Shown here piece by piece: positions 37,682 through 47,400 of a stretch of DNA of 64,000 nt (position 1 is the first letter of the stretch; each line of letters starts with the position of its first letter). Under the pieces are notes generated by a model that was not told where the DNA came from, searched no databases, and saw nothing but the letters and a program-made list of their open reading frames with translations. Origin of the DNA: a virus (Duplodnaviria; Caudoviricetes). A program made the translations under genes and the position numbers. Where the stretch lies: the IMG/VR virus record IMGVR_UViG_3300020045_001604, positions 1 to 64,000 of that record; one strand, given 5' to 3'.

Positions 37682-38897
37682 AGATTATCAGGTAGACATA
37701 GCAAATAAGGCGGTGAAGATTTTAAAAGTAAACAAAATTGTTTATTTAGCAGCAGAGGTTCGTTGCGGCAAGACACTTATGGCTCTTGAAACTGCCAGGT
37801 TATTTGGAGCCAACAAAGTACTGTTCCTTACTAAGAAGAAAGCTATCAGTTCTATTGTTGGAGATTATAACGACTTCAACTACGCACAGTACTTCTCAAT
37901 AGAAGTGATGAATGATGAGTCCATGCACAAACTTGTAGGTGATTATGATCTTGTAGTGCACGACGAGAGTCATAGGTTCGGATCATTCCCTAAGCCAGGT
38001 GTTGGAGCTAAAACATTCAAGAAGATGTTCGCTGGTCTGCCAATGATATTTCTAAGTGGAACCATGAGCCCCGAGAGTTATAGTCAGTTGTACCATCAGT
38101 TCTGGGTTTCTAACGCGTCACCGTTCAGGAAGTATACTAACTTCTATAAGTGGGCTAACGACTTCGTTAAGATTAAGAAGAAGTACCTAGGATCACATGA
38201 GGTTAACGACTACTCCGATGCCGACAGAGAAAAAGTGATGAGTGTGATAAAAGACTACGTCATCACCTTTACGCAGGAGCAGGCCGGATTTAGCTCTGAA
38301 ATTGAGGAGGAGATACTTTATGTATTGATGAGTCCACTCACATACAGCATGTGTAGTCGATTAAAAAAGGATTTGGTAGTCGAAGGTAAAGAGGAGGTTA
38401 TTTTAGCCGACACACCGGTTAAATTACAGCAGAAATTACACCAGATGTACTCAGGTACGGTTAAGTTTGAGTCTGGTAACTCTATGGTATTTGACACATC
38501 TAAGGCTGGATTTATCAAGAATAGGTTTTATGGTAACAAGATAGGTATATTCTATAAGTTTAAGGCAGAGTTAGACGCGCTAAAGGAAGTGTTCAAGGAT
38601 AAATTGACAACCGACATCGACGAGTTTAACGAAACCGATAAGTCTATAGCGTTACAGATCGTATCTGGCCGTGAGGGTATTAGTCTTAGAAATGCTGATT
38701 ACTTAGTGTTCTACAATATTGACTTCTCTGCAACCAGCTACTGGCAGGCACGAGACAGGATGACTACTATGGACCGAAAGTTTAATAAAGTCTACTGGAT
38801 ATTTGCTCAGGGCGGTATAGAGTCGCACGTGTATAAACAAGTACTTAACAAAAAGAACTTTACGTTATCACATTTTAAGGCTGTAGCCTTAAAGTAA
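37665..38897 (+). CDS. Superfamily 2 (SNF2-like) helicase (410 aa)
   Basis: LRDYQ Q-motif, EVRCGKT Walker A, HDESH Walker B, LSGT motif III, SGREGISL and QARDR motifs V/VI. Confidence 0.85.
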   Translation: MEKKLRDYQVDIANKAVKILKVNKIVYLAAEVRCGKTLMALETARLFGANKVLFLTKKKAISSIVGDYNDFNYAQYFSIEVMNDESMHKLVGDYDLVVHDESHRFGSFPKPGVGAKTFKKMFAGLPMIFLSGTMSPESYSQLYHQFWVSNASPFRKYTNFYKWANDFVKIKKKYLGSHEVNDYSDADREKVMSVIKDYVITFTQEQAGFSSEIEEEILYVLMSPLTYSMCSRLKKDLVVEGKEEVILADTPVKLQQKLHQMYSGTVKFESGNSMVFDTSKAGFIKNRFYGNKIGIFYKFKAELDALKEVFKDKLTTDIDEFNETDKSIALQIVSGREGISLRNADYLVFYNIDFSATSYWQARDRMTTMDRKFNKVYWIFAQGGIESHVYKQVLNKKNFTLSHFKAVALK

Positions 38898-39079
38898 ATA
38901 CGGTAACGTAAGGTTATAACCTTAAAAATCATGACAGAAAAAGAAAAATATATAGGAGCTTTTTTAGATGGTTACTTTTCAGATAAACTTTTAAATTATG
39001 GATTTACTTATTTTAATGAAGTCGAAAATGCTACTAAGTTAGCAAAGAAGAAATGGAAACAATATAAAAAGCAAAGTTT

Positions 39080-39883
39080 ATGACAGCAAAAGAAAAAGCA
39101 AAAGAGTTATTTGATAAATTTGAAGACAAATTAATATCAAGCCATACTATATTTTTAGGAGAAGCTAAAAAACAATGTGCCTTAATAGCAATTGATGAGA
39201 TATTAAATTTACCTTTTGAATTTGAAGCAGAAAGAAAATATTGGCATGAAGTTAAACAAGAAATAGAAAAGTTATGAGGCCAAAAGAAAAAGCAAAAGAG
39301 TTAGTAGAATTGTATTGTCAATTGTTATCAATTAGAGACTACGAAAACAATGAAAAGGCAAAACAATGTGCTTTAATAGCGGTTGATGTTCTTATAAAAG
39401 AAAATTACCCAAGAGATATAAAAAGATGTGAATATTTTAATGAAGTTAAACGAGAAATAGAAAAGTTATGATATTTGAAATAGATTTTAATAGAACAAGT
39501 GACGATAAATTTTTAACTGAAAAATTAGGAGCTAATTATGTTGATGATTTTATATTAACTATAGACGTGAAAGACTTTGATCATTTAGAAAAAATTTTAG
39601 ATCTAGTTGACGAAGAGCTTGGTGATTTTTTCTCTGCTGTTATTTCATTTGATCCGCCAACAATTTACTTAGACAATAAGGTATGAGGCCACTACACAAA
39701 TTTAATAACTGCGACGGAGCCACTCTATGCAACAACTGTAGAGCGATAATTAATATAGGATTCACTGACACATTATACTGTAACAAATGTAAAGGATATG
39801 GCAAGCAAGCATCAAGCGAAGGTAAAGAAGAAGTACGAGAACGAGGGTTGGATAGTGATAAACACGATAAAGCTAAGCGTTAG
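39080..39883 (+). CDS. Small hypothetical proteins (39080 and 39274 are tandem paralogues of 26655; 39468; 39683 CxxC)
   Basis: Shared KEKAKEL..AKQCALIA.D..EVK.EIEKL motif. Confidence 0.65.
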
Positions 39884-40052
39884 TGGTTATCCAGACTTAT
39901 TCTGTTTCAAGGACGGAAGAACTATTTTTATAGAGTGCAAGGAGGGTGGAGACACGCTAAAGCCACTACAGAAATTTAGAATAGATGAATTAATTAAACA
40001 AGGTTTTGAGGCGTTCTGCCTACACGACACTAAAGGAAAGATATACCCATGA
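39798..40052 (+). CDS. VRR-NUC / Holliday-junction-resolvase-like nuclease (84 aa)
   Basis: GYPDLFC..IFIECK..LKPLQKFR..L..QGF. Confidence 0.8.
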   Translation: MASKHQAKVKKKYENEGWIVINTIKLSVSGYPDLFCFKDGRTIFIECKEGGDTLKPLQKFRIDELIKQGFEAFCLHDTKGKIYP

Positions 40053-40513
40053 CAAAGAAATTTAAAAGAGATGAAAAAGAACTAAAAGATATCTCAGATA
40101 AAGTAAAGGAATATATTAAGTATGAGATGGACGTAGACGTCAATAGAAATTGCAGAGAGCAAAAACAGATAGATGCCAGATGTATGTATTCAAAGATACT
40201 TTATGAATACTATTACTTTACATATCAGCAAATAGCAGATACTATCGGAAAGAATCATGGAACTATAATTAACTCATTAAGAATGTTTGATTATAATATA
40301 CGCCCATACAAAAGAATGTATGCGATGTATAGCAAGATATTGTTAGCTCTAGATATTACTACTGTAGAAAAAGAAAGATACTTAGAATTAACATATGGAA
40401 GATACGAAATAAACGATAAAGCAAAGAAGTTATTTGACTTGGTGAATAAAGTTCCTGACGACAAACTAGAGTTAACGTATAAATTGATAGAAACATTGTT
40501 AGAAACATATTGA
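40049..40513 (+). CDS. DnaA C-terminal-like HTH protein (154 aa)
   Basis: R.Q..DAR.MY..T.QQIA..IGKNHGTIINSLR mirrors the DnaA domain IV pattern R..AM..S...IG..F.RDHTTV. Confidence 0.6.
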   Translation: MTKKFKRDEKELKDISDKVKEYIKYEMDVDVNRNCREQKQIDARCMYSKILYEYYYFTYQQIADTIGKNHGTIINSLRMFDYNIRPYKRMYAMYSKILLALDITTVEKERYLELTYGRYEINDKAKKLFDLVNKVPDDKLELTYKLIETLLETY

Positions 40514-40708
40514 TTTTGTTAAAAACTTATTTACATGTTGATTGCTATATGCTTTAACTTTACAAACAAAAAACTATTATGGAAAATATTCAACAGATTA
40601 TCAAGGACATAAATGATCAGACCGATGCAATTTATGAGGGAATGTGTGATTCAGAAAAACAAGAGGTACTAGACGCTATAAACGAATTAAGAAAAATTTT
40701 AAAATATA

Positions 40709-41140
40709 TTGAAAATGAAATCAATTAAAAAGGGACAACAGTACAGATGTATTAAGGACTACATAATGAATGATGGTACGCTAGCGTATAAGTCCGGATG
40801 GACATATGAGGCCACTGGAAAAAATATACTACCTTCTTTGTTTGACCCTACGCATCAGATGGATAAGTCAGATGATTTTAAAGATCACTTTAAGAGAGTA
40901 AAAAATAACCCAGAGGCATATATACAGAACATTCCTGTTATATTTGAAACTGTAAAGACAGACTCTATTGTTGAGTCAGTAATCAAAAAGTTTAAGAGTA
41001 GATCTGATGTAGGAATCAAAAAGTATGGTACAACATTAGCAGGAAATGATAAGTTAACCACACTACAATGGATAGACGAGGCTCAAGCTGAAGCCATGGA
41101 TTTTTGCTTGTATTTAGAACGTCTTAAAAAAGAATTTTAA
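40709..41140 (+). CDS. Conserved phage protein with C-terminal all-alpha NTP-pyrophosphatase-like domain (143 aa)
   Basis: RSDVGIKKYGTTL..WIDEAQAEAMDFCLYLERLK. Confidence 0.5.
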   Translation: MKMKSIKKGQQYRCIKDYIMNDGTLAYKSGWTYEATGKNILPSLFDPTHQMDKSDDFKDHFKRVKNNPEAYIQNIPVIFETVKTDSIVESVIKKFKSRSDVGIKKYGTTLAGNDKLTTLQWIDEAQAEAMDFCLYLERLKKEF

Positions 41141-41165
41141 TGGGCAATAGTATAGAATTATTTTT

Positions 41166-41699
41166 TTGTATATTTGCATATACTATAAAATAATAATGTA
41201 TATGAGTAAAACAAGTATTACATGTAAAGGATGTAACAAGACTTATGAAGTTACAACTCAATCTGCTAAAAGAAATAAAACTGGATATTGTAGACAATGC
41301 CATTCAAAACATGTACAAACAGGAGTTAAAAGACCGCAATTTTCTGGAGAAAATAGTGGGCGATGGGGAGGTGGTGAATACATAAGTTCTGATGGATATA
41401 TAATGACCAAAATACCAGATAAATTTTTAGAATCAGGAAGACAACTTTATAAAAGAAAACATATAGTTATATATGAACAATATATAGGAAGAGAACTAAA
41501 AACGACAAAAGGTGGAGCTGGTGAACAGCTACATCATATTGATGGAGATAAACAAAACAATGTTATTGATAACTTACTATTATGTAAAAATGTATCAGAA
41601 CATAGGTTAATACATGACTCTCTTGAGAAAGTTGCTTTCGAACTATATAAACAAGGAGTTATAAAATTTAATAAAGAAGCAAAAATATATTATTTATGA
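41166..41699 (+). CDS. HNH homing endonuclease (probable start 41196 or 41202)
   Basis: N-terminal CxxC..CxxC; W.GG..GY; RKH..VYE; LHHIDGDKQNN..NL..H..IH. A TATATTTG box at 41169-41176 implies the later start. Confidence 0.8.
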   Translation: MYICIYYKIIMYMSKTSITCKGCNKTYEVTTQSAKRNKTGYCRQCHSKHVQTGVKRPQFSGENSGRWGGGEYISSDGYIMTKIPDKFLESGRQLYKRKHIVIYEQYIGRELKTTKGGAGEQLHHIDGDKQNNVIDNLLLCKNVSEHRLIHDSLEKVAFELYKQGVIKFNKEAKIYYL

Positions 41700-42343
41700 G
41701 CGTAGAATTAATTTCACATTACGGAGATGATGTAATGATTACAAATGTAGCCAGGGTTAGTTATGGTAAAGATGCTTCTAATTATACTGAAGAACAAAAC
41801 GGAAAACTAATCAATTATTTAGTAAATCATAAACACACTAGCCCTTTTAGACATCCTCAATTACAGTTTAGAATTAAATGCCCTATTTACGTAGAGCGTC
41901 AGTTACATAAACATCAAGTTGGGATTTCTGTAAATAGTATATCTGGTAGATATGTTGACTTCTCTGATTCATATTATAAGATTCCTTTTGGTGAATGGAG
42001 AAAACAATCAACATCAAGTAAACAAGGTAGCGAAGGATTTATTGAAAACCAAGAAGAATGTGATTATGTTCAAAATGAGGTATTATTTATTTGTAAAAAA
42101 GCATATCAACACTTACTCAGTTTAGGAGTTAGCAAAGAACAAGCTCGTTCAGTACTTCCTTTATCTTTAGAGACTGAGTTTATTTGGACAGGGAGTTTGC
42201 TTGCGTTCTTTCACATGTGTAATCTTAGGTTAAAAGATGATACTCAGAAAGAAACTAGAGACGTAGTATCGGACATGCTGGACTTAGTTAAGAACATAGA
42301 TGGAAATCCATTTGAACACACATTAAAAGCGTTTAAATTATGA
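41696..42343 (+). CDS. thyX: Flavin-dependent thymidylate synthase
   Basis: ARVSY, HTSPFRH, V.RQL.KH..S.NSISGRY, EQARSVLP, NLR...TQ.ETR. Confidence 0.92.
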   Translation: MSVELISHYGDDVMITNVARVSYGKDASNYTEEQNGKLINYLVNHKHTSPFRHPQLQFRIKCPIYVERQLHKHQVGISVNSISGRYVDFSDSYYKIPFGEWRKQSTSSKQGSEGFIENQEECDYVQNEVLFICKKAYQHLLSLGVSKEQARSVLPLSLETEFIWTGSLLAFFHMCNLRLKDDTQKETRDVVSDMLDLVKNIDGNPFEHTLKAFKL

Positions 42344-42564
42344 GATATAGAATAAAGCAAATAGCAGATGATATTTTCATACCGCAATGTAGGGAACATT
42401 TTTTTTTAACATGGGCTTCTATAGATAATATAAATAATTATGCATGGAATATAACTGAAAAATACTCTTATAATAAAACATATGACGAAGCATTTAAAGT
42501 AATTGAAAATCATAAAAAATATTTAAGAAAAAAAAATAAATACCCTAAATATTATAAAGTATGA
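42340..42564 (+). CDS. Hypothetical protein (74 aa)
   Basis: AT-rich ORF overlapping the thyX stop. Confidence 0.55.
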   Translation: MRYRIKQIADDIFIPQCREHFFLTWASIDNINNYAWNITEKYSYNKTYDEAFKVIENHKKYLRKKNKYPKYYKV

Positions 42565-42672
42565 AACAAAGCCCACTACAAAGAATATACAGAGTAATGA
42601 ACTACTACTACAAGATGGGTCATAACTCTGAGAGAGTAAACAAGGTATATAAAAACATTTTAAAACAAAGAT

Positions 42673-43872
42673 ATGGCAAAGAACAAGTATCCTAATGAAA
42701 TGATAGTCATGGTTAACGATCTAGTTACCGGAGGACTATCAGTTACTAAAGCAGTAAAGAGGGCATGTGCATCGTTCGGAATAGAGTTTACAGACGGAGT
42801 GAGACGTACGTTTCATGACGTGGTAAACAGGTCCGATACTAATCAGTACAAGAATGAGGTACAACTATCAGCGATGAAGTCTGACGGAACTATAATGAAT
42901 ATCGAGGAGTACTGCGTGTACTATGGTATACCATTTGAGCAGGCCAGAACGTATAAGCTAGTTACCCATACGGGAACTCCTTACTACAATATTGCTAGTA
43001 ACATTCTAAAGAATGATGACATTAATAAGTTCTTTGATGATCTACTTAAGGATCTATCAGAACTTCCTAACAAGCCTTCCACTATAGTAAGACAGCGTCC
43101 AGTAGATAATGAAACTTATTTATTAGTTGTTGATCCGGCTGACTGTCATATTGGCAAGTTGTCCATGAGTTTTGAGACTGGAGAGGATTATAATAATCAG
43201 ATCGCAGTCAAAAGAGTTAAGGAGGGAGTGGACGGAATTATAGAGAAGACTAAAGGATTTAATATCGATAAGGTATTATTTATCGGAGGTAACGACATAC
43301 TTCACATTGACACGCCAAAAAGAACAACAACATCAGGAACGCCTCAGGACACAGATGGAATGTGGTACAGTAACTTCTTAATTGCTAAGGAACTATACAT
43401 AGATGTTCTTACTAGATTAATTCAAGTAGCTGATGTTCACTTTGTTTTCAATCCTTCTAACCACGACTTTACTCACGGATTCTTTTTGGCTAATGTTATC
43501 GAGACGTACTTCAAAGACTGCAAGAACATTACATTCGACTGTGATATTAAGCATAGAAAGTACTTCAGGTACTACGATAACTTAATCGGAACAAGTCATG
43601 GTGACGGAGCTAAGACTCAAGACTTACCGCTACTTATGGCTCAGGAAAGTCCAGAATGGAGCAGTACTAAGCATAGATACATTTATACTCATCACGTGCA
43701 TCATAAAACATCTAAAGACTTTATTGGAGTAACTGTTGAGAGTATGAGAAGTCCAAGTAGCGCAGATGGTTGGCACTCTAGAAATGGGTACCAATATGCG
43801 CCAAAGGCTATTGAGGGATTCTTACATTCTAAAACTCACGGGCAGATTGCTCGTATAGTACACGTGTTCTAA
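42673..43872 (+). CDS. Calcineurin-like metallophosphoesterase with N-terminal extension (399 aa)
   Basis: D.HIGK, GNDILH.D, SNHD, SHGD, HH.HH motifs. Confidence 0.8.
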   Translation: MAKNKYPNEMIVMVNDLVTGGLSVTKAVKRACASFGIEFTDGVRRTFHDVVNRSDTNQYKNEVQLSAMKSDGTIMNIEEYCVYYGIPFEQARTYKLVTHTGTPYYNIASNILKNDDINKFFDDLLKDLSELPNKPSTIVRQRPVDNETYLLVVDPADCHIGKLSMSFETGEDYNNQIAVKRVKEGVDGIIEKTKGFNIDKVLFIGGNDILHIDTPKRTTTSGTPQDTDGMWYSNFLIAKELYIDVLTRLIQVADVHFVFNPSNHDFTHGFFLANVIETYFKDCKNITFDCDIKHRKYFRYYDNLIGTSHGDGAKTQDLPLLMAQESPEWSSTKHRYIYTHHVHHKTSKDFIGVTVESMRSPSSADGWHSRNGYQYAPKAIEGFLHSKTHGQIARIVHVF

Positions 43873-43873
43873 G

Positions 43874-44092
43874 ATGAAGACTAGTCTTAATAAAAAATTA
43901 AGAAAAAGATTTCTAGTAGACTACTTTGATGACAGGGTAGTCTTACTAGATCTCAATACATTTGAAGTACACTATGCAACATGTACAAGGGACGCGCTAT
44001 ACCTTATGTTAATTCAAACCAACGATAAGGAATCATTAAAAAAAATAATTAAGAAAAAGAACTGGACAGCCAGTCATCTAAGAAGAACATGA
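43874..44092 (+). CDS. Hypothetical protein (72 aa)
   Basis: Track ORF within the operon. Confidence 0.55.
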   Translation: MKTSLNKKLRKRFLVDYFDDRVVLLDLNTFEVHYATCTRDALYLMLIQTNDKESLKKIIKKKNWTASHLRRT

Positions 44093-44406
44093 AACAAACA
44101 TATAGATTACTAGAAACAAATGTAGAGGAATGGGCAGAGGATAAAGGAATATTCTCTAAAGGAAATCCAACCGCTCAGGCACTTAAGACGATAGAAGAGT
44201 CTAACGAATTGCTAGACGCTATAGACAAAGAGGATAGAGCAGAGATAGTAGATGCTCTAGGTGATATTCTAGTCACACTCATCATTCAGGCAAAAATGCA
44301 AAATTTAGATTTGCTTGAGTGCTTACAATCTGCATATGATGTAATTAGTAAGCGATCAGGAGTTATGAAAGACGGAATGTTTATAAAAGAGAAAGCCACT
44401 AATTAG
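44089..44406 (+). CDS. MazG-like nucleotide pyrophosphohydrolase (105 aa)
   Basis: KTIEESNEL..EIVDALGDILV acidic motif. Confidence 0.8.
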   Translation: MKQTYRLLETNVEEWAEDKGIFSKGNPTAQALKTIEESNELLDAIDKEDRAEIVDALGDILVTLIIQAKMQNLDLLECLQSAYDVISKRSGVMKDGMFIKEKATN

Positions 44407-44413
44407 TGGCTTT
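44392..44413. terminator. Perfect 22-bp palindrome at the convergence of the two genome arms
   Basis: AAAGCCACTAATTAGTGGCTTT contains the TAG stop of both convergent genes. Confidence 0.7.
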
Positions 44414-47400
44414 TCTCATTCTCATTCTCATTCTATAAGCCTCTGGATTTTTAATCTTAAGCTCTTCGTCACTTAAAGGAATTTGTTTTATTTTTATATC
44501 CTTAAAATTACCTGTGGCTATATTTCGAATTACATTTTTACCTACCTTAGATCTTCTCATTTCTGATCTAAGATCCTTAGGTAATGTTCCAAAGTACGTA
44601 GCAGCGTCGTAATCTTTTTTAAGATCTTTGTATAACTTCAATGTTTCTGAATTAGATTGCTCATAAGCCTTATCCATTTCTTCTTTAGTTATTTTCTTGT
44701 CTGAAAATTGACGTGCAGCTTTAGTGTAAATTTTTCTAGCTGAAAGTTCATTCTCTTTCATGTCGTATATCTTAAATGAAAACTGTTTTTTAAGATCAAC
44801 ATCTATAGCTTTATAACCTGTAAACTGTCCAGCCATCTCATTAAGCATGTCGTCCGATTCCGAAATTTTTCTAGCTGACGTTACGGATCCTGGTTCAAAT
44901 GTTTTATAAACCCTAGAAAGAATAGCTTCTGACTTCTTTTCAAAACTATCATTCTCGTTATACAGTTCATTTCCGTAAGCATCCTTATTTTCAGATATTT
45001 CAGTAAACATAGACTTAAGGATGTCAGGGTTAGTAAAAGGAGCCATAAGTTCCTTTAAACCATCTACAAATCCGTCTAGTAAATTATCTCCAGACATCAT
45101 AGCATTAAGTGGTTTAACAATTCCTCCAAATGGATCAGATGCGCTGATATCTATATAGCTAAACTTACCATCACCTTGATTCTTAACTATTATGTTAGAA
45201 TTTTTAGACCATGGGGCTACATATCTCTTAGCGTTCTCTTTTTCTTTATCCTCGTCATCTCCAGCAACAGCACCGCCAATCAAGTACATTACCCCGTACT
45301 TAACAGCCTGAGAGGCTATTATACCTGCTAGTCTTTGAGCCCCAATCTTTCTTATTTCTGGATTACTTGACTTTATCTCGTCTTTAGCTAGGTTAACAAT
45401 GTTGTACGCTGTTCTTAAGGCCTCAGATTGAAACGAAACAAACGTGCCAACAACAGGGAAGGCTTTAATTAACTTAACGGCTCCAGGAACCCTTCCGTAA
45501 TTTGGAAGGTTATTCTTTACTATCTCAGAAACCTTGTTAACTATTTCTTTTTGTTGGTTAGCATCTAACTCTGAAAAATCTTTCTTGTAAATAGCCTTTG
45601 CGTATCTATTTTTTTCTGTTTCGTATGCAACGATTTTAAAGTAGTCATCCTCGGCTTGATAAGCATTTTCAGCTAACGACATTCCTTTTTTACCGTAACG
45701 CTTAATAGTGTTCAATAACTTTTGTCCTTTGTTAAGGTTTTTATCAACCATCCTTCTATCAAAAGTTTTGTCAAAGTCAGGATCCTTAAACATATCCCTT
45801 AACTCACCAAGAACAGCACTCTGATCTACTATTCCAGCCTCAGTGTACTCCTTCATTTTTTCTCTAAGCTCTTTGTCTGACTTATTTAAAAAGTCATTAT
45901 AGATTACCTTAGCAGACTTTCTATACTCATCTGGTTTAAAATATCCGTTAGCTAACATAAAGGTTATGTTACCTGTTAAGTTTTTAAAGTGAGTACCTAC
46001 AGACGCTATAGTCTTTAACCATTTTACAGATCCAAGGGCCTTCATGTAGTATTCATAAACGTTCTTCACGGGTTTTGATATCTCAAAAGGAAGTGCTACG
46101 TCTATACTGTTTAACAGACCGGCAGACTCTTTTAAAGAAGCTGCTATTTCTTTAGTGGTGTACATTCCATTTAATGGGTTCATTGTTTCACTACCCTCAG
46201 CAGCTATTTGAGTGTCAAATTCTTTAGGTCTATTGATATCGTCCTTTTCAAATAAAAACACTCCGGTACCGTTTTCTTTGACAGTATTTAAAAACTTAGC
46301 GTTACTTATTAAGGAAGCTATTTTAAAAATAGTTCTTGAATAGTTCTGAGCAGGATCTGTATATTCCCCCATTAACGCCCTAATTTCTAACGGAATATCT
46401 GTTTTTTGTTTAAGTATAGACACATCTTTAGAACCAGTCTTACCAGCAGAAATAAAAGACTCGGCACCTTCTCTATCTATAAGGTCGTTTATAGCTAAAT
46501 CTACTTTATTCTCTAAGACAGAATCAACGTCTAATCCACTTTTATCAGCCTCCTTAATAGCTTCAGATAGTAACTGCTTTTTTAAGAAGTTTCTTGCTGC
46601 TTGAATAACTTCCTTGTCTACCTGTTCAGCCCAATCCTTTTTATCGAATACTTCGTATGAACGAGTCAAATACGATCCGATATTTTTTGTTATGTTATCA
46701 GCCTGATATTCATCAACAGCTCCAGACTTTATAAGCATTTCTGATAAGTTATCAATATGGTTCCTCATGTCAGAACCTATAAAAATAAACTCATCCGGCA
46801 ATTCAACTTCTTCTCCTCTGATAAACTTATCGAAGTCAGAGATTAATTTATCCTTATCTCCTTTATAATTCTTTAATGCATTGTCAAAGTCTTTTACTAA
46901 GTAAGCCGCTTGTTTAGATTGAGTTTTTATACCAGACTCAATTCCTTCTTTAGCTATAAAAACAGACTTAGGCAAGAACGCTCTAGCCGAAGTAAACCTT
47001 CTTTTTACTGAGTCTAAAAACGTAATAACATTGTTTCTGCCTTCTCTAGTAAAAACACCTTCTGCCTTTTGACCTTGAACAGCCTTATCTTTACTGTATT
47101 TTAATAACGCATCTGTAATTTGTTTTACGGTAAACCCTTTAGATTGCAGGTAAGTTGAAATAGCCTTATCAGTTTTACCAGCGTCCTTAGCTTTTTTTAT
47201 AGCGCTTAGTAATGGAGATTGAGTTTGTTTTCTTTTTGCTATCTCTCTGATAACACCTGTTTCAGCTGCAATTATTTTTGTTTGCTGAGATTTAGTTTTA
47301 TCTTCTCTACCCTCTACTAAGTCTTTATATTTAGCTTTTAATTCATCAGGCATTATATCCCATGAATTTATTTTTTTATCAGGCACCCCTATTACTTCTC

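Noticed and set aside
26655-39471. Diversity-generating retroelement template/variable repeat pair
   Set aside because: No reverse transcriptase, and the repeats are short without adenine-specific mismatch patterns.
3831-42343. Inteins or group I introns in terL, primase-helicase, helicase or thyX
   Set aside because: ORFs are continuous and of expected size, with no C/S..HN splice motifs or LAGLIDADG blocks noticed.
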